The translations under genes were made by a program, and so were the position numbers. Below are positions 30,445 through 31,215 of a stretch of 31,215 bases of DNA, in pieces (the first letter of the stretch is position 1; the number at the start of each line of letters is the position of its first letter). The notes under the pieces were generated by a model, which saw nothing but the letters and a program-made list of their open reading frames with translations, was not told the origin of the DNA and searched no databases. This stretch comes from a virus: positions 1-31,215 of IMG/VR virus record IMGVR_UViG_3300009703_000006. One strand, 5' to 3'.

Positions 30445-31215
30445 TTAAGGTGTGTTATTATCTATATCTGTACTTTCCATATTGCGTGAAACTGAGTTCA
30501 AAGTGCTATTACTTGCGTCCCCTACTCTATCCTCAATAGTCATAGCGTTAGATGTTCCATCATTACTACCTATTTGGTCAGGTATAGTCCAAACTCCACC
30601 GCTAAATGTAGCTTGTTCTCCTAACTTCCAATAGGCAGTAGCACCCGTTATTGTGGTAGGTTCTCCTGAATTATACATAGCGGTTATATCGGGACCACTT
30701 AACACACTATTAAATGCTGAAACTTCATCAATGTTTGCACTGGTTGAAAAAGTGCCGTCAAATTTAGCACCTATTGTATCAAACCTTGTATCATTTACTG
30801 CACCAAAGCCTGTATCTGTACCCATTGAACTGCCATTTAAAAATAATTCAATGCTATCCCCAGACCTAACAATAACTATATTTATCCAGTTTGTAGTATC
30901 ATTCATTATACTAACAACAGAAGCACTACCAAATTCTTTATAAACCCCCGCAATTCTAATATATAATTTATTTGTATTTTCTATATATAATAAATAGTCA
31001 AAAGAATATGAATTTTCGCCTAAAAATACTTCTGCCACACTTACGTTATTTCTTTTTATCCAAAATGATATTGTAGAATTAGTACCTAAATTAACAGAAG
31101 TACCAACATCTACATAATCGTCCACACCATCAAATTGTAGCGAGTAGTTGCTTAATTTATCTTTATTAGTATTTTCAGGCATTAATATTTGAGGTAATTT
31201 ATAAGTAGAATTATC
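30445..31215 (-). CDS. 3' part of the wrap-around tandem-LamG gene (second LamG domain). The frame stays open to the window end
   Basis: SLQFDGVDDYVDVGTS...ISFWIKR...NWINIVIVRSGDSIELFLNGS...ANIDEVSAFNSVLSGPDITAMYNSG is a Laminin_G_3-type signature. The 11 codons upstream of the track's Met (31183-31215) contain no stop and match 91-123. Confidence 0.85.
   Translation of the reverse strand, partial: DNSTYKLPQILMPENTNKDKLSNYSLQFDGVDDYVDVGTSVNLGTNSTISFWIKRNNVSVAEVFLGENSYSFDYLLYIENTNKLYIRIAGVYKEFGSASVVSIMNDTTNWINIVIVRSGDSIELFLNGSSMGTDTGFGAVNDTRFDTIGAKFDGTFSTSANIDEVSAFNSVLSGPDITAMYNSGEPTTITGATAYWKLGEQATFSGGVWTIPDQIGSNDGTSNAMTIEDRVGDASNSTLNSVSRNMESTDIDNNTP

Noticed and set aside
1-31215. A diversity-generating retroelement acting on the LamG protein, or a lysogeny module
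   Set aside because: I saw no reverse transcriptase, no template/variable repeat pair, and no integrase, excisionase or CI-like repressor in any frame.

Overview
The window is one complete, circularly closed dsDNA tailed-phage genome. Positions 1-123 are identical to 31093-31215, so the unique length is 31092 bp. By eye the DNA is AT-rich (about 30% GC, not computed). Every credible gene is on the minus strand, packed tightly with many ATGA/TAATG stop-start overlaps. I saw no Shine-Dalgarno motifs upstream of start codons, which suggests a Bacteroidota (Flavobacteriia-like) host.

Modules in transcription order (descending coordinates):
- Early/replication, 27302 down to 18244: RHH-like regulator, PD-(D/E)xK exonuclease, small SSB-like protein ending in DDLPF, ParB-DNA methyltransferase fusion, DUF1376 protein, DnaB/RepA-like P-loop ATPase, Hjc-like resolvase, ECF-like sigma factor.
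- Packaging: terS and terL (18251-16595).
- A 345-bp non-coding hub full of repeats (16250-16594).
- Tail and head genes (16249-777): chaperone-like gene with a candidate -1 frameshift, gp10-like protein, 428-aa and 1101-aa tail proteins, tape-measure-like protein, XkdF-like protease, scaffold, major capsid protein, abundant tube-like protein, portal fused to a MuF-like domain.
- A tandem LamG protein whose gene wraps around the window ends.
- A lysis cassette (amidase, holin candidates, u-spanin-like lipoprotein) ending in a metallophosphoesterase.

I found no integrase, DNA polymerase, tRNA, CRISPR array or reverse transcriptase.

Features absent from the ORF track:
- the wrap-around 474-aa LamG gene;
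- about ten ORFs shorter than 60 codons that fill the apparent gaps;
- a U9 slippery run with a 105-codon open -1 frame that exactly bridges the 15445-15598 gap;
- two strong intrinsic terminators bracketing the gene that follows the capsid gene;
- a 19-nt exact repeat upstream of two late genes.

No single feature is clearly a new system. The strongest candidates are the misplaced frameshift, the repeat hub downstream of terL, the Bacteroidota-type lysis cassette with its attached phosphoesterase, and the methyltransferase plus mini-nuclease pair. All functional calls rest on motif recognition and gene context. No database search was possible.
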